Below are positions 21,701-30,502 of a stretch of 64,000 nt of DNA, one piece after another. Numbering within the stretch: the stretch's first letter is position 1; every line of letters starts with the position of its first letter. Under the pieces are notes generated by a model. It saw only the letters and a program-made list of their open reading frames with translations, made no database searches and was not told the origin of the DNA. Where the stretch lies: NCBI GenBank assembly GCA_030603365.1, contig JAUVXV010000015.1, positions 40,421 to 104,420 of the forward strand, given 5' to 3'. This DNA comes from Candidatus Heimdallarchaeota archaeon. GTDB lineage: Archaea; Asgardarchaeota; Heimdallarchaeia; Heimdallarchaeales; Heimdallarchaeaceae. Made by a program: the position numbers and the translations under genes.

Positions 21701-22376
21701 ATCAAATCCCTCAGGTTTCTTTTTAGAATTTTATTCAAGAGGTCTGTTAAATGTTATCACTCAATTTGGTCAACTAAACGATCTGAATAAACTTGATCTG
21801 TATTTTGAAGTTTTAAACAACTTATATGATAGTACTGGAAACGACTTTTGTTTAATGGACTTATTATCAGCATATATTAATGTGATATTTTCTCTTTCTC
21901 AAGAAAGAAATATAGAAAAGATAAAATTGTACCTAAAGAAATTTAAAAAGAAATTCAAAATAGGATACAATGAAGTAATTGATATGGCTATTGCTAATAT
22001 ATACTTCAATATACTTCCGGTTTTTGATGTTGATCCGGAATTTTTCTTTGTTTTTACAATTAGATTATATAATTTGCGCTTTCATTTGTTTGAATTTAGT
22101 CCTTTATCTCCACAGAATGAGAAGAATGTTTTCATGTTTGAAAAACCAGATAAAGAGCATGCAATAAAGACAATTGAAAACAAAATTGTAAACTATGTAA
22201 GAAATAAAGTAATCACTTTAATAGAAAGAAATACAGATGAAACAAGAGAAATTCTAAACATTCTCAAGAAAGAAGTAAAGAATTATCATGATTTCACTAT
22301 TCTGTTGGATAAGATTATTGAAAAAATTGATGTTAGTCTTCAATCAAAGATCTTTAAGATAATTGATGAATTATAA
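18708..22376 (+). CDS. STAND/NLR-like P-loop NTPase with N-terminal helical domain and C-terminal 43-aa helical repeats
   Basis: LIGRSYEI, Walker A GPGGVGKTRL, Walker B VLILDDA, sensor-1-like FILLDR; about 11 repeats such as LREKYAGVLFNIIKTYG. Confidence 0.8.
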   Translation: MDPVSTYLILTLMVPIISEFFGDKLLNRILEKLKSLFKRSSKNEVDSEKIEEKMSTYLNDILDENGENSQEFKKIPSFLIHMGETISKVIKLSADEQVKQISIQISSEFEKLEAKTELQFKELKNLFEEFQFNILKYSKDLNEINQELKNQLTILRKKIQEFDTLISKENLIPLNYYLNRQESRRMLERHPKLIGRSYEINRLLNFLNSNQNVILISGPGGVGKTRLILEFAKEVMKLNSWSVNFINHNKEFKVQHETINRVLILDDATRYADKMSLIDYIINNSRINNMKFILLDRSIFSQSLQLVFKEKNHNLEIINLSEGDVKEFLDCYYKELNEEIKREIRQKSNNNFDLTILFADFAINNLDISDPLEILETKLVKYIKDIAIRRKVDEIDVMTTLSFISLIRPIKIDDLKLLALESSSILKNEDIISVLYDGTSDLLVLKDDYVDFIFDFYSDYLNAKLIIEKEDIFLQNFHSLLKKHPLNLTLNILGLSRFFDVRIGIKVVEIIENIWSELNKIQKVEVDYFLCLGLLTFYSEYFAFININSCSLDAWFINYQNLYDKTSDSENLKRLQFEFISILQNYISIHKSEYNLEKIKRAVDFVKNLSEEQKTQDLNIMYARSLVNASAVTSFHSLVDETNYYIEKIRKLYETSRDNRILEIFSISLSNRILDSSQRENETELIEYMTEIQNLFETENKEYVSIGLSNSLNISCDFYGKKNKFEKLEFYMRKLTDLSNEFETMQIRSSLNSVLLNSTDDYGRNGMWSELEKSLNQLELIFDTYQEEDTLVNWIKGIANSIKYYGKNKMYNEMTLGLNKLTQIYKKHSFMNTAEWISHALFNASYHYSKNMSTEHLKGIVKTISSLANKFDNNDLREKYAGVLFNIIKTYGELKNFKNMEVYLGELHFLQSKFPLQPIKLFYVKALVDCFTYYAMDSNNTKAKDCLKEIEEINKVLNNHEIREKYGFVLTNAIHFYGMNKEPKNIESIIEKLKILFESNPSGFFLEFYSRGLLNVITQFGQLNDLNKLDLYFEVLNNLYDSTGNDFCLMDLLSAYINVIFSLSQERNIEKIKLYLKKFKKKFKIGYNEVIDMAIANIYFNILPVFDVDPEFFFVFTIRLYNLRFHLFEFSPLSPQNEKNVFMFEKPDKEHAIKTIENKIVNYVRNKVITLIERNTDETREILNILKKEVKNYHDFTILLDKIIEKIDVSLQSKIFKIIDEL

Positions 22377-22536
22377 ATTTGAATTTATTTACGAAAAATC
22401 TAATGATGTGACAATCTACTAAATAAATATTATACATTTATTTGTTAAATGAAGCACATTCAAAAAACACTTCTTAATGTAATATTTTTATAGATATAGT
22501 TAATATAATAACTATTACCTGAAGTGAGGTTGTTTA

Positions 22537-25080
22537 ATGGTTGATATATTCCAAATTATGAATAGTAGACTAAACACTTGTTTGTTAAGTATTGAAGAAA
22601 ATCTAAAGTCCTTCTGGAATGATAGAGTACTTCACCAACATTATACTGATCATGGAATGAACCATAGTTTTAGAATCAAACAGATTCTTACAAAATTGTT
22701 AGAGGAATTTCCAGATGCACTAAATGAATATGAGAAATTTATACTATTAGGAGCAGCTTTATTACACGACATAGGAATGCAATTTCCAAGTTATTCCAAA
22801 ATTGAGTTAAAAGCACAATATTCACTTGAAGAATTAGAAAGAATCAGAAAGAACCATCACTTAGCTAGTTTTCAGATTATCAAAGATTCAATATCTCCTA
22901 AAACCAATTTCTCACTTGGTTTAGAAACCTGTAAGGATTTTATAAATGAGATTGCGATTGTGTCTCGTAATCATAGAGGGATTAAACTAAATACTATAAG
23001 CAAAAGTTCAATTGCAGGAATGCTCATTAGAAGGAGATTGTTATCAGCATTGCTACGTTTAGCAGATGAATTAGATTCCGATTTTAGGAGGGTTAATATG
23101 GATGTACTTAACATGTATAACTTGCCTCCCTTAAGCAAGTTTCACTGGTGGTCACACCATTATGTAGAGAGTATAATGATTGATAAAGGACACATAATCG
23201 TGTACTTTAGATTTCCAGTAAGCTTCAAACAAGATCAAAAGTGGGTTTCTATTTTTCAACAAAAAACTATAGAAAGTTTGAGAAGTACGTTTCTTGAAAC
23301 TTATGACATCCTAGATGAAAACAAAATTAGACTTTATCGAGAAATAAAAATTGGAAACACTAGGTTTACATCTGAAGGAGAAGTTTTTGATATTCCTAAC
23401 GACTTAAGACAATTTATTACTGAAAAGATAATTAATTCTCAAGAGAAAATCGAAAATGCTTCCAATCGTATTTCTATGGAATTTTATTTAGATGGAATTC
23501 CATACTCAAATGAAATAAATGCAATACAATTCTTAGAAAAGATAGCAGAAAAATTGGATGGTGAAGATTATGAATCAGCTGCTGTACTAATCGAAAAAAG
23601 CAAAACCGAAATTCATTCTGCCAAAGATAGACTAGTTTTATTGCAAATGGCAGGAGTATGTTACTTTAATTTAGGTAAATATGATTTATCCGAAATCTAC
23701 CTAAAAGAAATCCTCGAATTGTCTACTAAGAGTAATTTAAGAAATATCTATAACCAAATCGTAACCAGAGTTTCATCAGCATCTAATAATAATCTAGGAC
23801 TTATGAAATTACACAAAGGCGAATTTACAAAAGCTCTAGAATTTTTCGAAAAATCGATAGAAGAATGTAATACTATAAAAAATCTTGATGGAAAAGCGAT
23901 TGCGATTGATAATAAAGGAGTGGTCCTTCAAAGATTAGGATTGTTAGATGATGCTTTAAAATGTCATTTTGATGCAAATAAGATCTACAAAATAAATAAA
24001 AGAAAATTCGGTGGAGCTAAATCATTTGGAAATATAGCTAATGTATATTTAATGCAGAATAATCTTGATGAAGCTATAAAATATTCTAGAAAAGCAATGA
24101 AATTATTCACTGATTTGGGGAATAAAAGTGGTGAAGCAGAAGAATTACAAACCATTGGAATAATTCACAATCAAAAAAGAAATTTCAAGGAAGCTTTGAA
24201 GAATTTTGCTCAATCTTACAAACTGTTTAATGCAATTGGATTTAAGAGAGGAATTTTAGTAACAAAACATAACATTGCTGGGATTCTGCTTGAAGAAGGC
24301 AGATACGAGTCTTCTTTGAGAATACTTAACAAGATCTTATTGGAAAGTCAAAAAATTGAAAATATGGACCAAGTAGTTTCTGTAATTACAAGCATAGGTG
24401 ATGTCTATTATAGAAAAAGAAACATTAGAACTGCTTTAGATTATTATGAGAGAAGTTTAGAAATGATTAACTATGCTAATTATAATGTAACTAAAAAAAT
24501 ATACTTTAACATTTCATTATTATACGCAGAACTGAATATTATTGAGAAAGCTCAAGAGTTTTTTGAACTACTCTTAGAAAAATATCCAGAAGATGCTGAC
24601 ATTTGTAGTAATTATGCATTGTTTCTATTTTCAAAATTGAACAATATATCAGATGCTGAAATTTATTTTGAGAAAGCAATTAAATTAGATCCAAAAAATC
24701 AAAATAATCATTTAAACTATGCTAGTATGTTACTTTCAGTAGGAAAGAGTGAAGGAATTAGCATTCTTCAATCAACAACCTTTACTAGTAAAGATGCAGA
24801 ACTCAATAAATTGCTAGAACTTGAAAAATCTCTTTATTTGTTTCTCCATGAAAGTCAAGAGGATCCTAATGTGGATTATCTTGTTAACATAAAAACGCTT
24901 CTAGAGAAAGGTTATATCTCTCAAGGAATGGACTTTAGTAGAAACATTGAACAAGCAATTAGAAGTGGTCATAAATATAAAGAAATCTTAGATATTTTGG
25001 GAGAAGTTATATCTGGTGAAATGAGTATTGATGCACTAGAAACATTCGAAATCTGGCAAAAAGTTGAAACAAAGATATAA
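22537..25080 (+). CDS. HD-domain (HD-CE-like) phosphohydrolase fused to a TPR array
   Basis: YTDHGMNHSFRI, AALLHDIGM, RKNHH, LRLADELD, FHW; ~40-aa TPRs such as SFGNIANVYLMQNNLDEAIKYSRKAM. Confidence 0.82.
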   Translation: MVDIFQIMNSRLNTCLLSIEENLKSFWNDRVLHQHYTDHGMNHSFRIKQILTKLLEEFPDALNEYEKFILLGAALLHDIGMQFPSYSKIELKAQYSLEELERIRKNHHLASFQIIKDSISPKTNFSLGLETCKDFINEIAIVSRNHRGIKLNTISKSSIAGMLIRRRLLSALLRLADELDSDFRRVNMDVLNMYNLPPLSKFHWWSHHYVESIMIDKGHIIVYFRFPVSFKQDQKWVSIFQQKTIESLRSTFLETYDILDENKIRLYREIKIGNTRFTSEGEVFDIPNDLRQFITEKIINSQEKIENASNRISMEFYLDGIPYSNEINAIQFLEKIAEKLDGEDYESAAVLIEKSKTEIHSAKDRLVLLQMAGVCYFNLGKYDLSEIYLKEILELSTKSNLRNIYNQIVTRVSSASNNNLGLMKLHKGEFTKALEFFEKSIEECNTIKNLDGKAIAIDNKGVVLQRLGLLDDALKCHFDANKIYKINKRKFGGAKSFGNIANVYLMQNNLDEAIKYSRKAMKLFTDLGNKSGEAEELQTIGIIHNQKRNFKEALKNFAQSYKLFNAIGFKRGILVTKHNIAGILLEEGRYESSLRILNKILLESQKIENMDQVVSVITSIGDVYYRKRNIRTALDYYERSLEMINYANYNVTKKIYFNISLLYAELNIIEKAQEFFELLLEKYPEDADICSNYALFLFSKLNNISDAEIYFEKAIKLDPKNQNNHLNYASMLLSVGKSEGISILQSTTFTSKDAELNKLLELEKSLYLFLHESQEDPNVDYLVNIKTLLEKGYISQGMDFSRNIEQAIRSGHKYKEILDILGEVISGEMSIDALETFEIWQKVETKI

Positions 25081-25414
25081 TAAATCAACTGATCCCATCC
25101 TTCATTGTAATAAATAACATTATTGAAATATCAGTTTTGACTATACAGATGTTTTTACTTCTTCTCTTCTACTTCATTTTCTTTAGATTATCTAATCTCT
25201 TGTGCAGTAGATGGAGTTCTGTTAAAGTTCTCTTTCGGAATTTTAGTTATTCGACAACAATTCTATCTTTTTTGCTGATTCTTCTAGATTACTAGACTAA
25301 AGTCCATAATTATATCCCTATACTCTAATTTGTCATAACCCATAGTGATTCCTTTTTTTCAGTATAATGCAATTGATTTTCTCTTAATTGTCAGTAAGGT
25401 GTCTTCTTGTTTCC

Positions 25415-25506
25415 TCTTCTTTCTTAAAGCTACATTAGATTTCAGATAAGAAGATGTATTCAAAGAGTTTAGAAAATCCAAGAAGAAGACCTTCATTCAA
25501 GGTCTT
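25415..25506 (+). repeat. Dispersed intergenic repeat, long copy 2 with terminal hairpin
   Basis: ~90 bp aligns with 30815-30903 (shared aagatgtattcaaagagtttagaa); perfect stem aagacctt-cattc-aaggtctt at 25486-25506. Confidence 0.8.
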
Positions 25507-25604
25507 ATTTATATTTCTTGTAATGATAAAAATGAATTTATTTATTATGTGAGTAAAAAATAATGTAAGAACTTCATAAGAACTTAAAAATACTAAACGA
25601 AATA

Positions 25605-25850
25605 TCAAGATAGATATCTCTCTAGAATGTTAATAATATGTTGTTCTACAATTATCTCGTAAATAGGATCTTTATTCGTTAAAATTATGATATTCATGTT
25701 TTTCTCTGGTATCAAAAACATCATAGTAGCAATACCATTTGCTCTACCACCATGACCATACCACTCAATATCACCAAATTTACCTAGTTGACATCCGTAC
25801 CCATAATCACCATAATTACTAGGAACTATATCGGAATGAGGATTTTTCAT
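25605..25850 (-). pseudogene. C-terminal remnant of a beta-lactamase-family serine hydrolase
   Basis: YGYG...WYGHGG..G....MFLIPEKNMNIIILTN present; SxxK/YxN half missing. Confidence 0.7.
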
Positions 25851-25925
25851 TAATTGTATAGAATTTTAGATATAAGATCAATGTACAAAGGTTTGTATTA
25901 TAAGTGTTTAAATTCTTAAATAAAT

Positions 25926-26579
25926 TTGATGAAAACTAAAAATACTAGAATCACATCTTTTTTTCTTCTGTTAATTCTTTTACTTATTCCATTCATTGTT
26001 AACACATCACCAAGGAAAAACACCGTCTTAGGAAATACATCTTTAGTACCTCTTGATGTTGATGAAGATTCATATTTGATAGGTTTTCCCGATTTAAGAT
26101 CAGAAAAGAATCTAGAAAGTAATGATGGATTAAATTATTACATTTTGTTTTTATCTTCAGATTTTATTGCACCAGTTATTACAGATGTTAATCACAATCC
26201 TTTAGATCCAACAGAATCAGATGTGATAACTATTGGTGCTAATGTTACAGATGCTTCAGGTATTTATAATGTTACACTCCATTATTGCGTTAATAGAGGA
26301 TTATGGATGAATATTGAAATGATTGTGTCATTTGCATTTCCAGAAATTTTTATGGTAGATATTATTGCTTTTGCAGCAGGTGATTTGATACAATACTATA
26401 TTACTGCATACGATGCTTCAGGAAACTGGAATGAGGGTATTAACGACAATGGAGGTTTATTCTATTCTTTCACTATATTACCAGCTGTACCAGAATTTAA
26501 TGCAAACCCAATTTTAATGATTATAACAACACTTGGATCAGTGTCACTTGTCTATTTAGCTACAAAAAAAGTGAAGTAA
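25926..26579 (+). CDS. Secreted Ig-like domain protein with PEF-type C-terminal anchor
   Basis: Signal peptide; DFIAPVITDV...ANVTDASGIYNVTLHY...IQYYITAYDASGN; tail VPEF + TM + KKVK. Confidence 0.75.
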   Translation: MMKTKNTRITSFFLLLILLLIPFIVNTSPRKNTVLGNTSLVPLDVDEDSYLIGFPDLRSEKNLESNDGLNYYILFLSSDFIAPVITDVNHNPLDPTESDVITIGANVTDASGIYNVTLHYCVNRGLWMNIEMIVSFAFPEIFMVDIIAFAAGDLIQYYITAYDASGNWNEGINDNGGLFYSFTILPAVPEFNANPILMIITTLGSVSLVYLATKKVK

Positions 26580-26656
26580 AATTCTTTATATTTTTTATTA
26601 CAATTATTTTTTTTTCAATTCAAAAGGATATATATTTATGAATTTTAAATATTCTT

Positions 26657-27163
26657 ATGGATAAATCAATTACTATCTGCATATTTCTGCATGGAACCAC
26701 TATAATGCATTCTAGTGGTCAAAATTGTTCTAGAGAGGATAGAGTCTTACAGGTTAGAAAAAATGACCCATCAATCTCTGATTATTCTTCTTATATTCCC
26801 ATTGGTAATGTGGTTGATAAACTATTCATTTGGAAAAATCAAGAAGTACAAATTCTATATCTGAGTTTTCACAGAAATAGAAAAGACATAAAAAAGGATA
26901 AATTGGTTCTAAGTAAATTTGGTTTTCCCAAAGGAAAAATCGTTTATCGCAAGAAAAGACAAGAGTACAAAGAACTTATTGAGAGAATAAAGCCTGATAT
27001 TTTAATTGAAGATAATTGTGAAAGTATAGGTGGTGCTGAAGAAATGATTATCACTCATATTGATTCTAATTTGAGAAATAAAATGAGTTTTTTTGTAGTT
27101 AAAGAATTTGAGGGAATAGATCATTTGCCTAATCTCATTGCTGAACTCATGTATAAAAGCTAA
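26657..27163 (+). CDS. HAD-like fold protein lacking the catalytic Asp
   Basis: CIFLHGT where DxDGT is expected; ILYLS; PDILIEDN. Confidence 0.5.
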   Translation: MDKSITICIFLHGTTIMHSSGQNCSREDRVLQVRKNDPSISDYSSYIPIGNVVDKLFIWKNQEVQILYLSFHRNRKDIKKDKLVLSKFGFPKGKIVYRKKRQEYKELIERIKPDILIEDNCESIGGAEEMIITHIDSNLRNKMSFFVVKEFEGIDHLPNLIAELMYKS

Positions 27164-27368
27164 ACCTCTTCTTCGGAACTAATAGTACTTAGAATAGATA
27201 AATCAATTTTTCATGCAACTCGTTCGAAACTTGGCATTCATTGAGATTTATGTAATAAAATACTATTACATAAGAAGATTTAAATTGTAGAAATGATATA
27301 ACATAACGATATTCGAATTTATACAGATCTATTTAATCTGTTTATTCAAATATCAGGAGATTGTTTAT

Positions 27369-28490
27369 ATGAATAAGAAATTTACGATTGATGAATCTGA
27401 CAAAGTAACTGTCAAGATTATAAAAAATCGTTATATGGATTTTCTTAAAGATCCAAATGTAGTTGGAGTAGCTGTTGGTAGAAAGATACGTGATGGCAAA
27501 GTGACAGATGAACCTTGTATTACTTTTTTTGTAGCTAAAAAAATAGTTAATGAGAAAAAAATACTTCCTGAATTTCTTTTACCTCAGACACTTGAAGAAG
27601 ATGCTGTAGAAGTACAGAGTGATGTAGTAGAGACTGGTCATATATATGCATATGCGGCACATACTTCTCGAGAACGTCCAGCGGTACCTGGTGCTAGCAT
27701 TGGTCATGTTGATGTAACAGCAGGAACGTTAGGAGCAATAGTAATTGATGATAAATCAAAAACCCAAGTTATATTATCAAACAACCATGTTTTAGCAGAT
27801 AGTAATAGAGCCTCTACAAACGATGATATTCTGCAACCAGGTAAAGCTGATGGAGGAACCGTTCCAAATGATGTCATTGGAAATTTACTCAGATTCAAAA
27901 CAATTGATTTTGCTGGAGGTACAAATTACATTGATGCTGCTATTTGCAGCGTGAAAAAGCCTAATTATATTAGTAATACTCCCCATGATGGTATACCAGC
28001 TCCATCGCCTAAGACTCAAGCAGTTGGTTTACTTTTTGCTGGATCAAGTACTCAAACTATAATAAATCCTATCGGTATTGTTCTCAATGAGCTTAAAATC
28101 TCTTTACCTGCAGGTTCTACAATTGAAGGTAGTATTGGTATGAATGTTCAGAAAACTGGTCGAACAACAGGTGGAACAACTAATACAATAAAGAACATAA
28201 ATGCAACAGTTAGAGTTAATTATGGCTCTGCTGGAGAAGCAGTTTTTAGCGACCAAATTGTAACTGGTGACATGTCTGACGGCGGTGATAGCGGTTCTTT
28301 AGTTGTCAAAGGAGGAGCTGGAGCACCAGATGAACCACCAGATAAACCACCAACAAAACCTGGTCCTTGTCCTTGTGGAATTTTCGCACTAGTAGATCCC
28401 CAATTAGACTATACTACAAGTAAAATAGTATTCAATGCATTTAAAGCAAAAAGATTAGCTAAAAAGGAACTGAAGAATAAGAAACAATAA
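27369..28490 (+). CDS. Trypsin-like (S1, NAL1-like) serine protease with N-terminal pro-like domain, no signal peptide
   Basis: TAGTLG, LSNNHVLA (His), ILQPG, IDAAI (Asp), KTGRTTG, GDSGSL (Ser). Confidence 0.85.
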   Translation: MNKKFTIDESDKVTVKIIKNRYMDFLKDPNVVGVAVGRKIRDGKVTDEPCITFFVAKKIVNEKKILPEFLLPQTLEEDAVEVQSDVVETGHIYAYAAHTSRERPAVPGASIGHVDVTAGTLGAIVIDDKSKTQVILSNNHVLADSNRASTNDDILQPGKADGGTVPNDVIGNLLRFKTIDFAGGTNYIDAAICSVKKPNYISNTPHDGIPAPSPKTQAVGLLFAGSSTQTIINPIGIVLNELKISLPAGSTIEGSIGMNVQKTGRTTGGTTNTIKNINATVRVNYGSAGEAVFSDQIVTGDMSDGGDSGSLVVKGGAGAPDEPPDKPPTKPGPCPCGIFALVDPQLDYTTSKIVFNAFKAKRLAKKELKNKKQ

Positions 28491-28622
28491 TCTTTTTTTC
28501 TTTTTTTTATTATATATTATTGTGCATACTAGAGATGCATTTAAAAAAAGCTACACTTTCCCAGAAATATAGGTTGTATATATCTTAAAGAAATTAAAGG
28601 AAAAAATAGGTGATTTATCTTC

Positions 28623-28862
28623 ATGAGAGATCCTTATAAAACAGCTTCAGAAGTATTGGAAAGGAATAAACAGAACATAATGAATATTAGCGGAGTCCAT
28701 GGTATTGGTGTTGGTAGAGGTAGTGATTATGGTGGAGAAGACAAGCCTTGCTTTGTTGTTTATCTAGATACAAATGCGGATCAATCTGTTATTCCAAAAG
28801 AAATTGAAAATATACCAGTTCATATTGAGATTACTTCTCCTTTCAGAGCTTTGGATGAATGA
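28623..28862 (+). CDS. Stand-alone homolog of the N-terminal domain of the upstream protease
   Basis: GVHGIGVGR..DKPCFVVY..IPKEIENIPVHIEITSPFRA aligns with NVVGVAVGR..DEPCITFF..LPQTLE..SDVVETGHIYA; SD-like aggtga upstream. Confidence 0.72.
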   Translation: MRDPYKTASEVLERNKQNIMNISGVHGIGVGRGSDYGGEDKPCFVVYLDTNADQSVIPKEIENIPVHIEITSPFRALDE

Positions 28863-28956
28863 ACTAAACTTCAAAATAATTACTGTCAACCCTTTACAGA
28901 TTATGTCTACCACAGTTTGCTTCTGACGGTCATTCTATTTCTATCAGAAACAATTT

Positions 28957-28973
28957 GGACCTTAATGCATGTT
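28957..28973 (+). repeat. Dispersed intergenic repeat, core copy 3
   Basis: ggaccttaatgca identical (13 nt) to the 30.9 kb copy; lies between convergent genes. Confidence 0.55.
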
Positions 28974-28996
28974 CAGTTGATTATTGGTGAAGACTA

Positions 28997-30502
28997 TCAA
29001 TCGAGCTTGTATAGTTTAGTATATTTGGTTGTTAGATAATCAGCAAGATATTTTGATGAAACTTCCTGTCCGGTAATATTTTTTACAAGATCATATGAAT
29101 CCAGTATATTACCTTTTTCAAAAACATTGACTCTATACCAGTTCAAAACTTCCTGTAAATTGCCTTTTTCAATTTGCTGTTCCCAATCTGGCATAGCATT
29201 TGTTAATGTATCGAAAATTTGAGCACCAAATATGTTTCCTAATGTATAAGCTGTGAAACTACCCATCAATCCATCCGACCAGTGAATGTCTTGTAGAACA
29301 CCTTCAGCATCATTCTTTACTTCATATCCTAGAAGAGTTTTCATTTTTTCATTCCAAATCGCTGGTAAATCCTTTACTTCAATTTTTCCATTTAATAGAT
29401 CTCTTTCCAACTCAAATCTCAGAATTATGTGAAAATCATAGGTTAACTCATCTGCATCTACTCTTATTGCAGAAGGTTCAGTTTTATTAATAACTGCAAC
29501 AAAATCTTCTAAGGACACGTCTGCGAAAATATCACCAGTTAATTCCTTAAATTTGGGAAAATAGTATTTCCATAATGATGAACTTCTACCTATGATATTT
29601 TCGTAAAATCTTGCACTGCCTTCATGAACTCCATCACTACACCACATCCCAACTGGTTGATATCTACCGTTTTTACCAACATAATGTTCGTACTCACCAT
29701 GACCAGCTTCATGCATTGTACTCATAACTGCACTGAGAAAGTTATCTTCAAAATATTTGGTTGTTATTCTAACATCATCGTAGTTACCTGTTGTGAAAGG
29801 ATGAACAGTCTCATCTAACCTTCCGCGATCTAAATCATACCCAATAACATTGAGAACATCAAAGTTCAATTTCTTCTGTATCTCTATAGGTACCTTTCTG
29901 GTAAGAATTGACTTATTTGGTTGATGATCAGATTCTGAACATTTTCTGATTAGCGGTACAATGACCTCTTTCAGTGGGTTAACCAAACTCTCAAATTTTT
30001 CTTGGTTCATTCCAGGTTCATTAAAATCCAGCAAGACATCATAAGGATCCATCTCGGGATTCAAGTAATGGGCATATTTCTTGTTGAATTCAACCATTTT
30101 TTCCAAGTCAGATTGAAATATAGAGAAATCAGCTTGATCTTTAGCTTTTTCCCAAGATTCACTCGCGATTACGCCTTGTTTACTAAACTCTCCAACGAAG
30201 TCTGCAGGAATTTTGACTAATTTTTCATACTGTCTTTGAATGAGAAAGATATTCCTCTTTTCCAAATCAGATAGATTCTCATAATCTTTGTGAGTTCGAA
30301 TAATTTCCAAAAGTTCTCCAATTCTAGGATTGATTCTTCTTTCATGTTCCAATTTAGAGATAAGAGCTATTTGCTCTGCTTTTTGTTTCCCTCCTTTCTT
30401 AGGCATAGTTACATCTCTGTCCCAGTAAAGAAACATATTCACTTCGTCTAGTATACAAGCTTCTTTGAAAAGTCCAAGAAGCTCATCGTAGAACTTTCTC
30501 AT
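28997..30502 (-). CDS. Carboxypeptidase, M32 family
   Basis: HPFT, DVRITT, HEAGH, IRVDADELTY, QDIHW. Confidence 0.93.
   Translation of the reverse strand: MRKFYDELLGLFKEACILDEVNMFLYWDRDVTMPKKGGKQKAEQIALISKLEHERRINPRIGELLEIIRTHKDYENLSDLEKRNIFLIQRQYEKLVKIPADFVGEFSKQGVIASESWEKAKDQADFSIFQSDLEKMVEFNKKYAHYLNPEMDPYDVLLDFNEPGMNQEKFESLVNPLKEVIVPLIRKCSESDHQPNKSILTRKVPIEIQKKLNFDVLNVIGYDLDRGRLDETVHPFTTGNYDDVRITTKYFEDNFLSAVMSTMHEAGHGEYEHYVGKNGRYQPVGMWCSDGVHEGSARFYENIIGRSSSLWKYYFPKFKELTGDIFADVSLEDFVAVINKTEPSAIRVDADELTYDFHIILRFELERDLLNGKIEVKDLPAIWNEKMKTLLGYEVKNDAEGVLQDIHWSDGLMGSFTAYTLGNIFGAQIFDTLTNAMPDWEQQIEKGNLQEVLNWYRVNVFEKGNILDSYDLVKNITGQEVSSKYLADYLTTKYTKLYKLD

Larger units (their letters stand above)
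12997..25416. other. Putative anti-viral defence island
   Basis: Five consecutive conflict-type genes in visibly very AT-rich sequence, gene remnants at both edges, and a 20/22 direct repeat (12997-13018, 25395-25416) on either side. Confidence 0.7.
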
